A DNA stretch of 64,000 nucleotides from Phoronis australis (lineage: Eukaryota; Animalia; Phoronida). Shown here in pieces: positions 50,473 to 64,000 of this stretch; the stretch's first letter is position 1, and each line of letters begins with the position of its first letter. The stretch is taken from the NCBI GenBank assembly GCA_002633005.1, contig NMRA01000604.1:172066-236065 (forward strand), written 5' to 3'. The translations under genes and the position numbers were made by a program. The notes below the pieces were generated by a model. That model worked only from the letters and a program-made list of their open reading frames with translations, made no database searches and had not been told where the DNA came from.

Positions 50473-53400
50473 ACGTTAAGTCATAAAATGGTAATTGCCG
50501 ACCAAGGACACGCTTAATCCGAATTGGTCGTCTACGCTAGGCGACCACTTAGCCGACCCAAGTGCCGACCACAGAGACGACTCAGTAGACGGCTCCTAGC
50601 CGACCGTTGTTGGTCGGCTGCTGGTCGGCTAGACGACCGGTCGACGGCCGGTCGTCGACCAATTTCCGACCGGTCGGCCAAAAATTCGTGATGTGTGCTG
50701 TATATACGTCTATCCTATACCACGTCTATTTCTTTCAAGGACCCCTCATTTAGTGACGTACAATTGGCTCAATCAAATTCTCCAGTTGCGTGTGTGTTTC
50801 AGGAGGAACGCCCTACAGCGGGATACCCAGCAGTGACCTCCTGGTTATGCTTAAGTCTGGCTACAGGATGCCTCAGCCCTGTAACTGCAGTGATGACGTG
50901 TAAGTACAGGTCCTGTGGTGCAGGAACTCAGGTCATGACAGGCGAGTGCGTGTGTGCAGTAAGGAATACAACTAGAAGACACGTTTTCAGTCCTCTAGTC
51001 TCAGTCTGATATCAGACCGCAAGGTGGTAGCTACATGTCTCTGTCGTTTCACGCGATCCCTTCGACACCACATCCGGGGAATAAGATTCATTATTGTCTG
51101 AGTTCTAATTAAAAACGCAACAAAACAAAATCCAATTGACGTTTCTTAAGGGAATTTATACTTTGCTCTCCTTAGATACGAGTTGATGACATCATGCTGG
51201 AGCGAAGCTCCTCGCCAGCGACCAACGTTCAATGTTCTTGTTGCCATGCTAGAAGACATGTTAGTCCAGAGGAAGACATTTATTTCCGTGAAGTGTGGAA
51301 ACGATTTCTTGTACGAGATCATCGACACCGAGAAAGATGACCAATAGTTTAAACACAGGGAGCAAGATCTTTGAATGATTATTCTAGATGAGAATTTGTT
51401 AACAGTAGACACGTTGTTCTATGTATTTTTCCGATGCGGTTATATTTTGCATTGGCTCATTTTAACTGTCCAGTGTCATCTCTTGGCAGTGAAAATTCTG
51501 TTACTCCCAATACCGTTTTTTGCTTTTAAATAAGCTGTTCTTTTAGTAGTTGTATTATTACATATACTTATTATGTAAACAGTTGCTCTTGTATCATATT
51601 CCAAGTTAAACGACCAAGTTATATAAATATATATATATATCTTCATTCTAGAACGCATCTTACTTTGGTAATGTGATAGTACGTAATACCTCATGTGTGC
51701 ACATTCCATGGGCAGCGCAGCACTGATATGAGTTGGGGGCTACAGACCCCCAGCCCCCTATGGTGTGCCGCCCATGTATTCACGCTTTGTACAGGGAAGA
51801 TCACCCTGAAAATGTTTGTAAACGGATAGGTGTTTGACAGTGCCTGATTTACTGAGGTGGTGGTCGCTAAGGTTTTCGTGCTCCCAGCCTAAGTAATGGG
51901 GAGCCGAATTTTTGAGAATATGGACCTTTTGCTAATTTTCACGGGGTACGTTTAGAGCTTTGAATTTGGAATTCGCCGATTTTTGCTTGCAGCCTTTTTA
52001 GTGGACATTTGCCTAGTCTACTATTTTTTTTCGGAATTTTTTTTTTGCTTTTTGTCAACCTCGCAAAATGGGGGTTTGTTCGACCCCCCTGCCTGCCACG
52101 CCAACTGAATGCGTTCCCTGGTGCTGTCTTGAATACAGTCGAAATTGCTTTCAAGAAAATTGCAGCACTGTTCATGATTCTAAAGTTGAAAGCCTATCAA
52201 ACTGTTTGTTTCATTATTTTTCATTTGAATTGCTTATATCTCAATTAGTATTCATACAAATGTTGTGATATAGCTGATTCTATTCTACTTCGAATATTTT
52301 GCTGGTTTGACAACCATATTGCTTCAACTACATGTGTAGCACAATAGGGATAAATAAATATTGAACAAAAACACCATGCACCATTATTTTCGGATTAGTA
52401 CAACATCAGATTTAGTGTTTGGGTTAAATTATATTTTGGGATTTGTAATTAATGTAATTTGCCAAGTAAGAAGGATTTAAGTGTTGGAACCAAATAGGCC
52501 TATGGAGCATCCACTTTGGATATCATCCTTGAGTGCGGTTCAGCGTTACCATTATCGGTATTCAGGTGACAATCACATGCAAATTATTTGCATAAGCAAT
52601 ATGTCAGACATGGACAGTTGCAGACCTTTACTATGCTATAGGAAGCAATTCCTCTCTTACATCCGTGAATGAAATATGTGGTACTATAGCATAATATGTG
52701 GACAATTGTGTAGTTATTTGTGTCTAAAGATGTCGTTTTATCAACACAGCTGATCTCCTTTGTTAAATATCACGTTGATTAGTCTAGTTTTTGACGCGCA
52801 ATCTTGCAAGACTTGATACTTTAAGCATGCCTCCATTCAAATTATAATGGATTTTTCTAAAACGCTCTCGATACCTTCGACCTCTACACTCTACGACCAA
52901 CATCCCCCACAACCCAGAACCCCCTCACCGACGACCTGTGTCATCATAGATTTATTTGCGCGTTTTACACATTCATAATCAAATTAGGTCACTGAATGAC
53001 TCCCCCATAAGACAAACCTACTCAAGAATCTGCTCTGCCTCAAGCCTAGTGGTTAAGAGAAAGTTGCGTAAGAACATGTACATGTACTGAAGTAGCGGAT
53101 TGTGAGCTTGCTATCCTTGTCAGGGAAATAAATCAACGAGCGGCAACTAATGCTCCTGTTTTACTGAACTCATGGAGAGAGCAGGTTACCGTGAATGTAC
53201 AAAATATCACATTTCATTATTTGCTTTCTGCTGTATACTCGCTTGTTGAAAACAGGTACTCCATGTAACGCTGAGACACAGCACTTTTTTGTTAACAATT
53301 TGTTTTAGTAAAACTATTTCGACTGAAGAAATTACATATTCGCAAGTTCCTTGCTCTTTCCCCAAAACCATGAATCTGCCATTCACAGACGAATAGAAGA

Positions 53401-53499
53401 AACCATGACAATTTTCCGGAAACGAAAGTTGTAACCTTAGTAGATCTTTGATTTCATTTGGTCGTGCTGCTTTTCTTCCTTTTTACTTGCCGAGTGGAA

Positions 53500-54120
53500 T
53501 ATCTTAAATGAGTGCACATTTCTGAAACGAAGTTGAGAGGCAACTACTAATTGTTCTGTAATTGTTTACATTGTCAGCAGCACAGCCTTTGCATAACAAG
53601 CCTTCTATCCACAAAGGAGGAAACTTGGAAGTCTTTACGCTCAGGTTCAATAGATAGGTGATAGATGGTGTCAGCTTGTCACGAGGCAGTTTCAATAATT
53701 TGGAACTGACACCATCCACATCAATGACTTTATTCAAATCATGACCATTTTAAAACTAATCAACAAGCTTCATAGTGGATAGAACAATGTCATATTCTAT
53801 GTCGTTGCCTACCCTGCATCAAAGAAAGTCAAGTAGATCGTCATGAGTGGGGTTTGTATCTTCGCGATCACGGGTAAGTTTGCTTGTTATGTCAGTAAAA
53901 ACTTGCTAGCGATCCAGATTTGCCATGCCTTCAATTCTCACCAATCCTCATCATTGCAGGTGATGAGGATTTTTTCTCGAGAAACAACTTGCCTGATGAT
54001 TTTCCATAACATTTTGGGATTCGTCAGGTTGTTACTTATCATTGAACAGTATCGGGCTCTCCTTGTCTTTGTAATTATTTATTTATTACCATTTCACTAC
54101 AGTTTGTGGCGCTCATAATT
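53500..54120 (-). mobile_element. Fossil CR1/L2-type LINE reverse-transcriptase fragment
   Basis: NNLTNPKMLWKIIRQV and DGVSSKLLKL...PSITYLLNLSVKTSKFPPLW...NVNNYRTIS are degenerate pre-RT and RT domain-1 motifs. Confidence 0.72.
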
Positions 54121-54647
54121 GCCGCGTTGCCGTAGACTGATATTGTACACAATTGACAACTGTATCCGATTGCTACAATTGAATGTTTACAGGCACCCGG
54201 CCATATCAAGTGTTAGTGATTTCGTTTGAACAAACGTAAACCAAACAATGCACCAAAAAACTACATGTACTACTGGACGTTTCCAATTTGTAAAAATGCA
54301 TGCAGTTGGTGCCAAGTGAATCTGTGAGGTCATTGTTAGTTTGTTAATATTTTCATCATATTGCGTTTCTTTAGAATGTAACAATTTGAACAGTTCCCAC
54401 CATTCTTAGGTTTACAGGCTTCAGCTAGCTATTATGAAATAAATACTAAGAAATCCAACTTAATAGGCACAAACCTGTTATGTCAATTAGTCGTAGTTTT
54501 TAAAATTTGAAAAAAGTTATACCCTGGTTTCTTCCGGAATGATGTAATAGATGGAAGACGTTTGGTCACTTGACATTCAGTTGCATTGGCAGAACACAAC
54601 AGTCCAAAAGACGACTGCGATTTTGAACGAGAACTGGACAGTTATTG

Positions 54648-54650
<3 letters not shown>

Positions 54651-54692
<42 letters not shown>
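54651..54692 (+). repeat. (AG)n microsatellite
   Basis: Perfect AG run of about 42 bp. Confidence 0.97.
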
Positions 54693-54695
<3 letters not shown>

Positions 54696-57600
54696 AGAGG
54701 ATCCCGGCATCCCACTCAAGTACTGTACTCAGTTGAAGAATCTAACTATAAATTCGATTTCACACTTAACGAAATTTTGTCCTCTTTCAGGACGTATGAA
54801 CTCGTCCCACGTACACGTACACGAGCAATGATGCTGACACGTGTGAGTCACTGCCAAATGAACCAAAGGCTGATCAATATTCCCAAAGTGGACATTTAAT
54901 CATCACTGGCAAATATCACAGTAAACCTGGGTCATTCTCATTCACTATTGCCATGGTGGAAGGACCTTACAGTCTTAACACAGTGCATATGATTAAGTGT
55001 CATAGCACTCAATCTGGGCCGGAGTCGAAGGCCTGGCATCACTCGCCCTAGCACGTAAGCAGCTTGTTCGATACTTAAAAAAATTGCAAATACACTTACA
55101 TGTACAGGTGTCGAGTTCTTCATCGAAGTAATGTCTTTGTCTTTGACGTAACATGACTCATTATAATGTGCCGAATAAAGAGTTGTCCCGACTGAATCGC
55201 ATACTATGTTCCTCAAAGTCCTTCTACACTTCCGTGCGGCGCACAAACCGATGGTATTTCTTTGCAGCTTTCAAGTCTTTGAGAAATTTACACACAAATA
55301 CTCAAGGTGCTGTTACTACAGCCTCCAAAATTACATCTTTTCATGGCCCCACAACTCCCCAGTATCGCACTGGTAAAAACAACAACGGTGGAGACGGTCT
55401 TTGACCCATTATGTACAACCCCGATAACAGAAAATATACTTTTAATTTTTGCTGACTTGTTTCTTAGCAACAGGAACTTTAAAAGCAATTAATTCTCTTA
55501 AAATAGATTAATGAAGGTCGTTTTGACAAACAAGGTTATGGTGAGAACTCTTTAAGGATACATGTGCATGTACGACGTTCGGTTTATCGGAGGTTTTTAC
55601 TTTGTGAGCATGCGTACGTAAACTTTACGATATCCTCAACTTCCACTTTTTCATGATCCATTGTCTATGAGTGGTGCACCACTGGGGTGGGTATAAGTAG
55701 GCTATAGCCCCACGTTTTTTCATTGCTGCCCCGAAATCTTGAATATACTTCTTCGAGTTTGCGGCTCAATTCTAGGTTTTATCAATAACGAAATTTGATT
55801 AGAATATCATAAACATAAGTCACAGCATACCTCAGCACAAGCTAAATTAAATACACATGCACATGTCCCTTGTGTTTGCTCAAAACTAGAACAGAAAATG
55901 TCAAACTAATTCCGGGTTCCATTTCTAGTACAAAGATTTTAGATCCTTGTCCCTGGGTAACTTAATATCAAAATACACAAGCTTATCTCGACTGTAGCCC
56001 ACTCTTGATGATAAAAATACTTGTACGTTCAGGGTGAAAAACGGAGTAACGATAAACTTGTTTACTTGAGACACCTCTACAATTTAAAACAAGGAACCTG
56101 GAAATTCAAAAATAGCGTCCGATTCGTATTTATGCGCAAGAGAAATAATAGAGCGGTTGCTTATTGGAATCCATTCGGTACCGAGTAGAGATCACGGCCA
56201 TTTACATACCCAAATATGGCGATCATCAAGGCGTCTTCTATCGTATTCGCATGGATTCTAATATGTAAGTACATTTACCTGTGTAAATGCTGGTAATTAA
56301 TCAACACACAATTCCGCACATTTATAGCATGGACACTTGAATTATAACAGCCTTCAAAAACAGTGGATTTCTATTCGTTGCATTTGCTCAAGGTAGACTG
56401 GAAGATAATAGATACTCCGGATGAGCTACATTTTTCTCAGTTATGTGGCTAAATATAAAGACCTGTATATTACATGTATGTCCAACACGAACTTAACGAA
56501 ACAAGTCATACATACATCACTCTCCCAACAAGTGCTGCAGTGGTTAAATTAGAGGCACATGTAAGTAGGCCCCCAAAGTCCACCGTATCACCTTGAGCAC
56601 TGAACATAACTTACGGTGCGTAGGCGCTACGTTCAAATTCCAAACAGTGGTTGGTTGCGCCTACGTGCGCCTACTACACCACTGTCCCCAACTTACGTTG
56701 AAAACGTGCTTCTCGGTTCCCCAAACTAAATGACATGCCCATTAGAAGTAGGTAACGGTCTCCTGTTAGCCATTGACAAAGACCAGGCACATGTATTAAT
56801 CGAATGCAGAATAACGAGCCACTGCCATCTCAGATATGAGTTTCCAATAGATATCCAATCTATTTAAAGAACCCACTTGGTTAATTGGCTCAAGCTTGCA
56901 AACCATGGGCGTTTTTTACGTACACGATTTCAGTATGAAAGCCGTTGTCATACACACGGTTAACAGGAGACTGACTGGTGAAATCATTCGTTTTGGCAAT
57001 AGCAGCTTATGTCAATTAATTAAGACTTCCGTATATAATTGTGCACTGGTGGGACTAAGCGATGCGGAATAGACATTGCGCTCAATTATGTTTTCTGGAG
57101 CTCATATGACCTGTACAAGCCATCGTTCCAGCTAGGGTGGCACGTCAACTTTTCTCCCGACTTTGGTCCGACCACGTATACTGCTGACCAATCACATCAC
57201 GTGATCAAGGAAATGCATGCGGATCGGATGCCATGTTAATGGCACTAGGCTTTGGTGGATACACGAATGTTCCCAAATTGCCATCAAACCAGTATCAACC
57301 TTATACAATCATAGTCGGATTTTCGGGGGCGCCCCCAACCCTCTTAGCTGCCGCAAAAAAACGAAAAAGGAAGAGCGTTGGAAAATGTTTAGTTTATTAA
57401 TTAATCCCGGTAATTAAAATTATACGACTGAAACAAGACTTAAATGTGTGCAATTTTAGTATGACTGGGGGGGTTCAGGTCCAATATCAAGTGTCAAATT
57501 CGGTACACGGCACAATCGTAACGGAACTTTGGCTAAGTATAGGCTCTCCCGCGATATCTTAGGCAACCGGCAGTGGCGCTGGGCATTACGACTCCGTTTC

Positions 57601-59667
57601 CGTCGTCTGCCCCACTGTGCAATGAAGAAAATTACTTCATTTTTTAAAGAAAATGGAATAAGATTGATGACGAAAAAACAGAAGCTGCTGGTAAGATGTC
57701 AATTTTAATAGAACGCTTCGTGAATCACTCAGAAACTCATGATTCTCTCTTTGTCAATTCTTAACTTCAGACAATTTCCAAAGCAATCGCTTCATTGTTG
57801 CCAACACAAAAAACGGAATTGGTCTTTTGGGCAATTGAAGACTATTTCAAATACGACAAATTTGTTACAAACTGATTGCAAAAATATAAAACATGAAATA
57901 AGCATAACAAAAAGAAGGAGGTTTTGCGCGCAAACGCTGTGGACCATCAACAAGTAGGCCTCTTAGTATCAATTTAAGAGGTAAATTGTGGTGGTGCAGT
58001 GTTAAAGCACGCGTGCTCAATCCGCCAGCTCGAGTCTATGGCGCTTGTGGTGTTTCTTGTTTGACACTTTCTCGGTTTTTTTACTGCCTTTTTTGTTGGA
58101 TATTACTTGGAGGGGAAAAACAGAGGAGGGTTTCCCCCATTCGGTGCTATGCGCATCTATAATCGTGCTTTGAGCAAATGTTCACAGACAAAATGTTGGG
58201 CCCGCTTGTGATATCCTATATCTGCCACTGACGATATGTTTAACTACATTCTGCACCGGTGTCCACTCTCTTCCAGTTTCGTATAGACCTTCGTGTTTTA
58301 CGGAAAGTAACTAATTTGCGTACATCTGATCTACTAAAAATACGCACAGGTTTTTTTGGATGTTGAAAACGTGTGTATAGTTTACATGTATTTGCGGAAT
58401 TTAGAAATCTTACATTGGGGGGATTAAAACGGATGTTGAATATTGCCAAGTAAATAATGACAGCTATCCATGTGATTAGAAAGTAGTCACTTTATCGAAG
58501 TAATTACATAGAAGGCTTAGTGTAAAGAAACTGTGTTCTCCCCCAAATTTCAATTAATTAACTCGCAATCAGTTGAACTTTCTGTTAACAGAACTCATCG
58601 TCATGTGACAGCACCATGGCTCATATCTAGACAACTTTGTGTTCGCAGTATCGATTTAAGAAACATGTGTGCGTACCGAAGTTCATTGTAGCGAACACAC
58701 AGTTTGTGATGACGAGCACGCTTATGTTAACTTTTATTAGGAATTCTCATTCATTGCAAAATGACACCCAGTTCATACATGTACGTTGGTGAAAAAGGTG
58801 GCGGTCATATGTCGCCAACTTTAACTGCATTTAGAAAATGAGTCTGACGATAAAAAAATCGAGTGGATATGGGCCACATACCCTCAACCTCTTAACTAAC
58901 TTTGTTGACGGTGATAAGGCCACCCGCCCTTATACATGTACATGTACACATCATCATGTGCTTGAATATGGCGCGTTATCATCAAGTACAACAATAAAGA
59001 AAATACATGTACGTCAAAGTGCAAGGCTTTATCGTCTTGCAAAAGAACACTATAGAAAACTGGCTGATTTCCAAACAATATGTTAGGGCACAATATGTAC
59101 AAAATTTCTTTGATTTACAAGCCTTGGAAAACGTACTTTGCAGACGCTTANCCCCCCCCCCCCGAAATCCGCTATTGAACTGTGCTCCGCACAACAGAAC
59201 GGCTGGGCAAATGTTGCGAGGATTTACGTAGGCCTACTTTTCTTTAGGATAACAGTGCTAATAAAGTTCAAGCTCAAGCCTATCGCCCAGTGTTGAGAGA
59301 GGGGTTTAGACAATTAAGAAAGCTTTATTTCGTCAAGTTCTTGATAAAAGGTTTACAGTAGTTTGAATTAAACATTGTATAGTTCTTTGAAGATATTCTT
59401 GCCATCGTTGTCACAGAAATACTTCCAAGAGTGATTACCAATGACTCTTCTCTACTAAAGATAGAGAGAGTGTACATGTACGTTAACTTGTTAACACATA
59501 ATTTCACATTGACGTTTTTTTTGTTTTCTGTCGTATACTCGTTCACAATACACTCCATGTAACGTTTTAGTTAACATTTTGTTTATTTTTCAAATTGTAT
59601 TTAAATAAGGAATTAAATTACATATTCGTGGGTTCCTCGCACTCGCCTTAATATAGCTTTAATCTTC

Positions 59668-62178
59668 TAGTCAGGTTCACTATGACCAAATTTTGACATT
59701 CGTTGGAAATTTTTGGGGAAAATTGAAACTACACATTTTTGGAAACCTCATGGAATGACAAATCAGAAAAAATAATTGATTCCATTTCAGGTGGCCATTT
59801 GGCGGCCACCTTGGATTTTCAAAAATGGCGTCGGTAAAATAAATTTTGCCCAATATATTCGCCCTTGGGTCACTGAGAGTGTTACTTTTTATGGCTACAC
59901 CTGCAGTTCTGAGGTCAATGGGTTGAAAATTTTAATTTTATTTGCAGCCATCTTAGAATTTCAAAAATTGTACCCGTAAAATACTTAGAATGTTAGTTTA
60001 AAGGGCTGCACCCAAATTTTGTGAGGTAGGCCTAAGGAATTGAAAAACACTATTTCTAAAATGATAATAAAAACTAAATGACTTTAATAACAGCTGCGAA
60101 CCCCCAGAAGATTTAAAGGAATCACGGAATCACAGACAGTCAGATGGCACATAATTTTTGCAGTAACCACGCTAATCAGGCTGAGGATCAATGACGAGAA
60201 CAACAGAAGTTGTAGTCTGGTGAGAAAATCGACCAAAAACATTCGAATTCACCCTAATACCAAACGCAATCTTTGTTGACTGTGGGGAATTGCTGCAACG
60301 CACAGACAGGTGGAATCGAATCCACCTTATGCAGAAACTTTGGGAAGCAGACATCTTAGAACAGGACAGTCCTCAAGCTGTAAGAGTGGTTCTAGATCCA
60401 GAAAACATCCACTGAGTGTGTTTCACCTAACCACAAAACTGCATGTGATTATAACGATACCATTCTGGTTTTTGACACCCACGAAGACAACTCTTTGAAA
60501 CATGCCACAACAGAAAAAAGGCAGATAAAGGGTCAAGTACAGTACCAGATTAGAGGTGAGACTTACTCACAGGACTAACCAATAAGCCGCTTCCTCTCAT
60601 ATGACCATAAAAGTCTCAACATACTGAATATCTGTCTGCACAGACATATGATTGTAGTAAAGACTCTGCCAAGATAGCCATTACTTCAGCTTTAGGATGT
60701 ACAAAGAGCAACCAACTTGATCTACGTTTAAAAGAAAACGATCATGAAAAGCAGATATATTGTTAATACACTGTACATAATGCAGTTCTGGCATCACATC
60801 AAATACTCCCTGATTCTCAGATGATGTTTTTTCACCTGACACAGATTTACTGGTACCCGTCATTACCTATTATGACGGGCTTCTCAGAAATACTTCAGTC
60901 CCCACGGCATCTGGTATTGTGGACGTGAATTCAATATGGGCAATATTAGGTGCTGTCCGGGAAACGGCTCGTCCTGCTTTCCATGCTTTTACATGGACAC
61001 AACAACACTGGTCCATTCTGTAGGATGAATATATATTTGAAGGCAAACACTGATGATATCAATGCACTGTAGACTTTTTGTACTGCTATTGAAGTAACAG
61101 GTGGACTGCTTTTCACATTAGCCCCTTTTACATGTGCATACTCACCACAGGGTATATACGCAAATAGCATCCCAGATATGAAATGGTACCTCTTCTGTAA
61201 ACGTACGGCTGACAACGACAAATGTCCACCAACCATTGGTGCTTTGAAACAGCATGTGCTGAGGGTGTTTATTCAAGCCCGAATGTGGGTCAGGCAGTCA
61301 TTGCTCGACAGGAGCCCCTTGACCCATTGCATAATGAATTTACAAGAACAAAGATGACCGGCTGAAACAATCACAATTGAGGAGCTTCCTGTGGCAAAGG
61401 CTATCATTGAGAAAGTTAGATGATGCCAGTGCAAAAAAAAAAAATGCGCTTTCCAGAGATCCTCTTGCCAATCAAAGGACCTACCTAACACATATCTATA
61501 TCAATAAAGTTCAGATTGAATGTCAGAATGGTGATGATGATGTGATTCCTGGTGACAGTAACGGCTGTAGTAACAATCTAAAGACTATTGACACTACAAA
61601 AACATACTGTCCTGTTCCTCAAACGTAAGTAAGTTGTTTAGGCACTGGTTTAGTTTATATGTCTTGAAGGAATCAAGCTCCGAACAAAATACATGTATAC
61701 CAGAAAGTAGATAGTGATTACGTGTGTTGGATTACATGAAGAATGGACTTAGAAAATGTAGCTGCAGATAAATGGGATTTCTTGTTTTATGAATTGGATT
61801 TTCAGATTTGTTGACCAAAAAACTGTGAATGCAGCCATTAAAACTAACAATCTGAGTGACCCAAGAGCAAAGATACTGAGTAAAATGTAATTTTAAGGGC
61901 GCCAGGTTTCAAAATCCAAGATGGTAGCCAATAAAATTAACATGTCCAATTCCTTGACCTGAGAAATGCAGGTGTAGCCATTAAAACAAACACTCTAAGT
62001 GATTCGAAAGCGGAGATATTGGGCAAAATCCGTTTTTACCGGCGCCACGTTTGAAAATCCAAGATGGCCGCCAAATTGAAACCAATTATTTTTTAATTTT
62101 TCATTCCATGAGGTTTCCAAAATATATAGTTTCACTTTCCTCAAAAATTTCAACAAAATTACAAAACAAACCTGACTG
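59668..62178 (+). mobile_element. Decayed AcademX-like DNA transposon with long imperfect TIRs and XPG/PIN-like coding remnants
   Basis: 5'-TAGTCAGGTT terminus versus AACCTGACTG, with about 250-bp imperfect inverted arms. Frameshifted plus-strand motifs: FEFTLIPNAIF, VFDTHEDNSLKHAT, FSPDTDLLV (about 60832), PAFHAFT (about 60973), PPTIGALKQHVLRVFIQARMW (about 61226), CQCK (about 61424). Confidence 0.7.
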
Positions 62179-63137
62179 TACCATTAAATACAAAGCTGAC
62201 AAGAAGATTACATTCTGCTGAGAACGGCATTTGTAACGTTGGGAGGTCTTTGATTTGATTTTCTTGTGTTGGTTTATCAGTTTTTTTGGGGGTTCACACT
62301 TTCCGAATCATTTGCATTATTGACGAAAAACATGTAAGCACAGTGTTCCTTATACCAGTAAGATCCAGCGAAGCAAATTGTGAGTCAAGTACCTGTAGAA
62401 CCCGTCTTTGGCTACTGCAAGTAGCGGGTCCAGGGGTACGTCGGTCGCAGAGGTCGTGAGATTATTTAGAACAACCCCACCCAGCTCTCAGGTGTGTCGT
62501 TTATTGATTAAACACGGTAAGCCCCTGTACTATTATTCCGTGAATTTGATTATTTATTTTCACAGTATGTTAGGCCCCCTGTCGCTTGCATGGTAATTCC
62601 TTGCAATCAGATGTTTCATGAGAGACGCTACCAGAGGTTAATATTGTTTATTCCAAATACCTATTATGTCCTGTTAACTGAGTGTTCATCTTGATTTCAG
62701 ACATAGTTCTGAAGATTCGAGCCACGTCCATAACGTGTGACACTCAGTTCTTACAAAAGCAAGATAAGTGAGTTTTTATACCTATCTCGTTGCTGTATGT
62801 GGATTTAAAGTAACGACTTGTCTTCAAAGTGGAGGAAAACATTCTATGACTCTTTAATACACGAGCTTCCACAGTATGTATTGGCAAAACAGAAAGGGAA
62901 ACTTTTGAAAATAATTGAGAGTACCATGTGCATATGTGTATGCGAAGAGGACGGTTGTTCAGTGACAAGCGGTGGGTTCCTTGCTGTAAGATTGAGATTG
63001 ACAACACAAGTCGAAAACATACTTCTGGAAAACTTTAACTTAATTCTGTGGTTTAGCGACACGTTCCCCCTTCATCTGATTTTGCAATCTCTGACAGTTC
63101 TCTGTGATGCAAATGTTTGTTCTTCCAGTTTGCATGA

Positions 63138-63680
63138 AAGTGAATGATTACATTTTTCTGAATTAGACACGAGTGTTCTGCTACATTGTATGTACATGTA
63201 AGTGAATCATTAGAAGACAGAACAGTTTTCTGGAAAGGACATGTGTGTTCTGACAAAATCCATCTGCAGTAAGTGACTTATTACATTTATCTGGAACGGA
63301 CATGTGTGTTCTGCCAAATTTTACGTAAATGAATAATTACATTTCTCTGAAATGGACTTGTGAGTTCTGCCAAATTGTATATATGTGAATCATTAGAAAT
63401 GCAGTTTTCCGTAAAGGACACGTGTGTTCTGGCAAATCACATCTACATGTAAGTGAATTAGTACATTTACCTGGAATGGACAAACGTTTTCTTCCAAAGT
63501 GAACGAAAGTGAGTATTACATTTCACTGGGATGCGAATGCGTGGTCTGTCAATTTGCAGGTAAGCGAATTATTACATGTGTCTGAAATAGAAATGTGTTC
63601 TCTCCCAAACTTTATGTAAGTGAATTATTACATGTCTTTGGAATGGACATGTGTGTACTGCCACATTGCGTGTAAGTGCA
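63138..63680 (+). repeat. Degenerate minisatellite, about 55-65-bp unit, about 9-10 copies
   Basis: Consensus approximately GTAAGTGAATTATTACATTT.TCTG.AATGGACATGTGTGTTCTGCCAAAT. Confidence 0.85.
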
Positions 63681-63713
63681 TTTTGGAAACTACAATGGAA
63701 AGGAAGATCACTA

Positions 63714-64000
63714 CAGCACACATCACGAATTTTTGGCCGACCGGTCGGAAATTGGTCGACGACCGGCCGTCGACCGGTCGTCTAGCCGACCACCAGCCGA
63801 CCAACAACGGTCGGCTAGGAGCCGTCTGCTTAGTCGCCTCTGTGGTCGGCACTTGGGTCGGCTAATTGGTCGCCTAGCGTAGACGACCAATTCGGATTAA
63901 GCGTGTCCTTGGTCGGCAATTAGCATTTTATGACTTAGCGGGTGAACTTTGGACAAACAAACATTTAACTGTTCGCTGTTCGTTTAGCAGTGGCAACTCC
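63714..64000. mobile_element. Second copy (inverted, truncated by the window edge) of the TA-flanked TIR element
   Basis: TA|CAGCACACATCACG... is near-identical to the reverse complement of about 50415-50700. Confidence 0.9.

Larger units (their letters stand above)
45342..50700. mobile_element. 5.36-kb non-autonomous TIR DNA transposon with TA target-site duplication (Tc1/mariner-like)
   Basis: TA|CAGCACACATCACGAATTTTTGGCCG... at 45342 and its reverse complement ending at 50700|TA. About 70-bp TIR plus many GCCGACC subterminal repeats; no long ORF inside. Confidence 0.85.

Noticed and set aside
54586-54899. ER-repeat ORFs
   Set aside because: They are translations of the (AG)n microsatellite.

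Overview
AT-rich animal (invertebrate-like) genomic DNA with spliceosomal introns and two N gaps (30795-31353, 37647-38121). The left 25 kb holds a minus-strand capicua (cic) gene in its long Cic-L form. I assembled 16 phase-consistent GT-AG coding exons by hand: Tudor-like and N1 region, ATXN1-binding motif, 14-3-3/RSK motif, HMG box and the R1/NLS region. The C1 domain lies off the left edge. The 14-3-3/HMG-box block appears twice around a single N, most likely as uncollapsed haplotypes. Divergently on the plus strand are coding exons 1-4 of JMJD6 (PSR); I could not find its catalytic JmjC exons in the remaining 27 kb. The right half is transposon-rich: a frameshifted L1/Tx1 LINE, a 5.36-kb TA-flanked TIR element (a second copy starts at the right edge), a decayed AcademX-like element, LINE and transposase fossils, fold-back palindromes and tandem repeats. 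I see no convincing novel multi-gene system. The best leads are structural or regulatory and are listed as findings.
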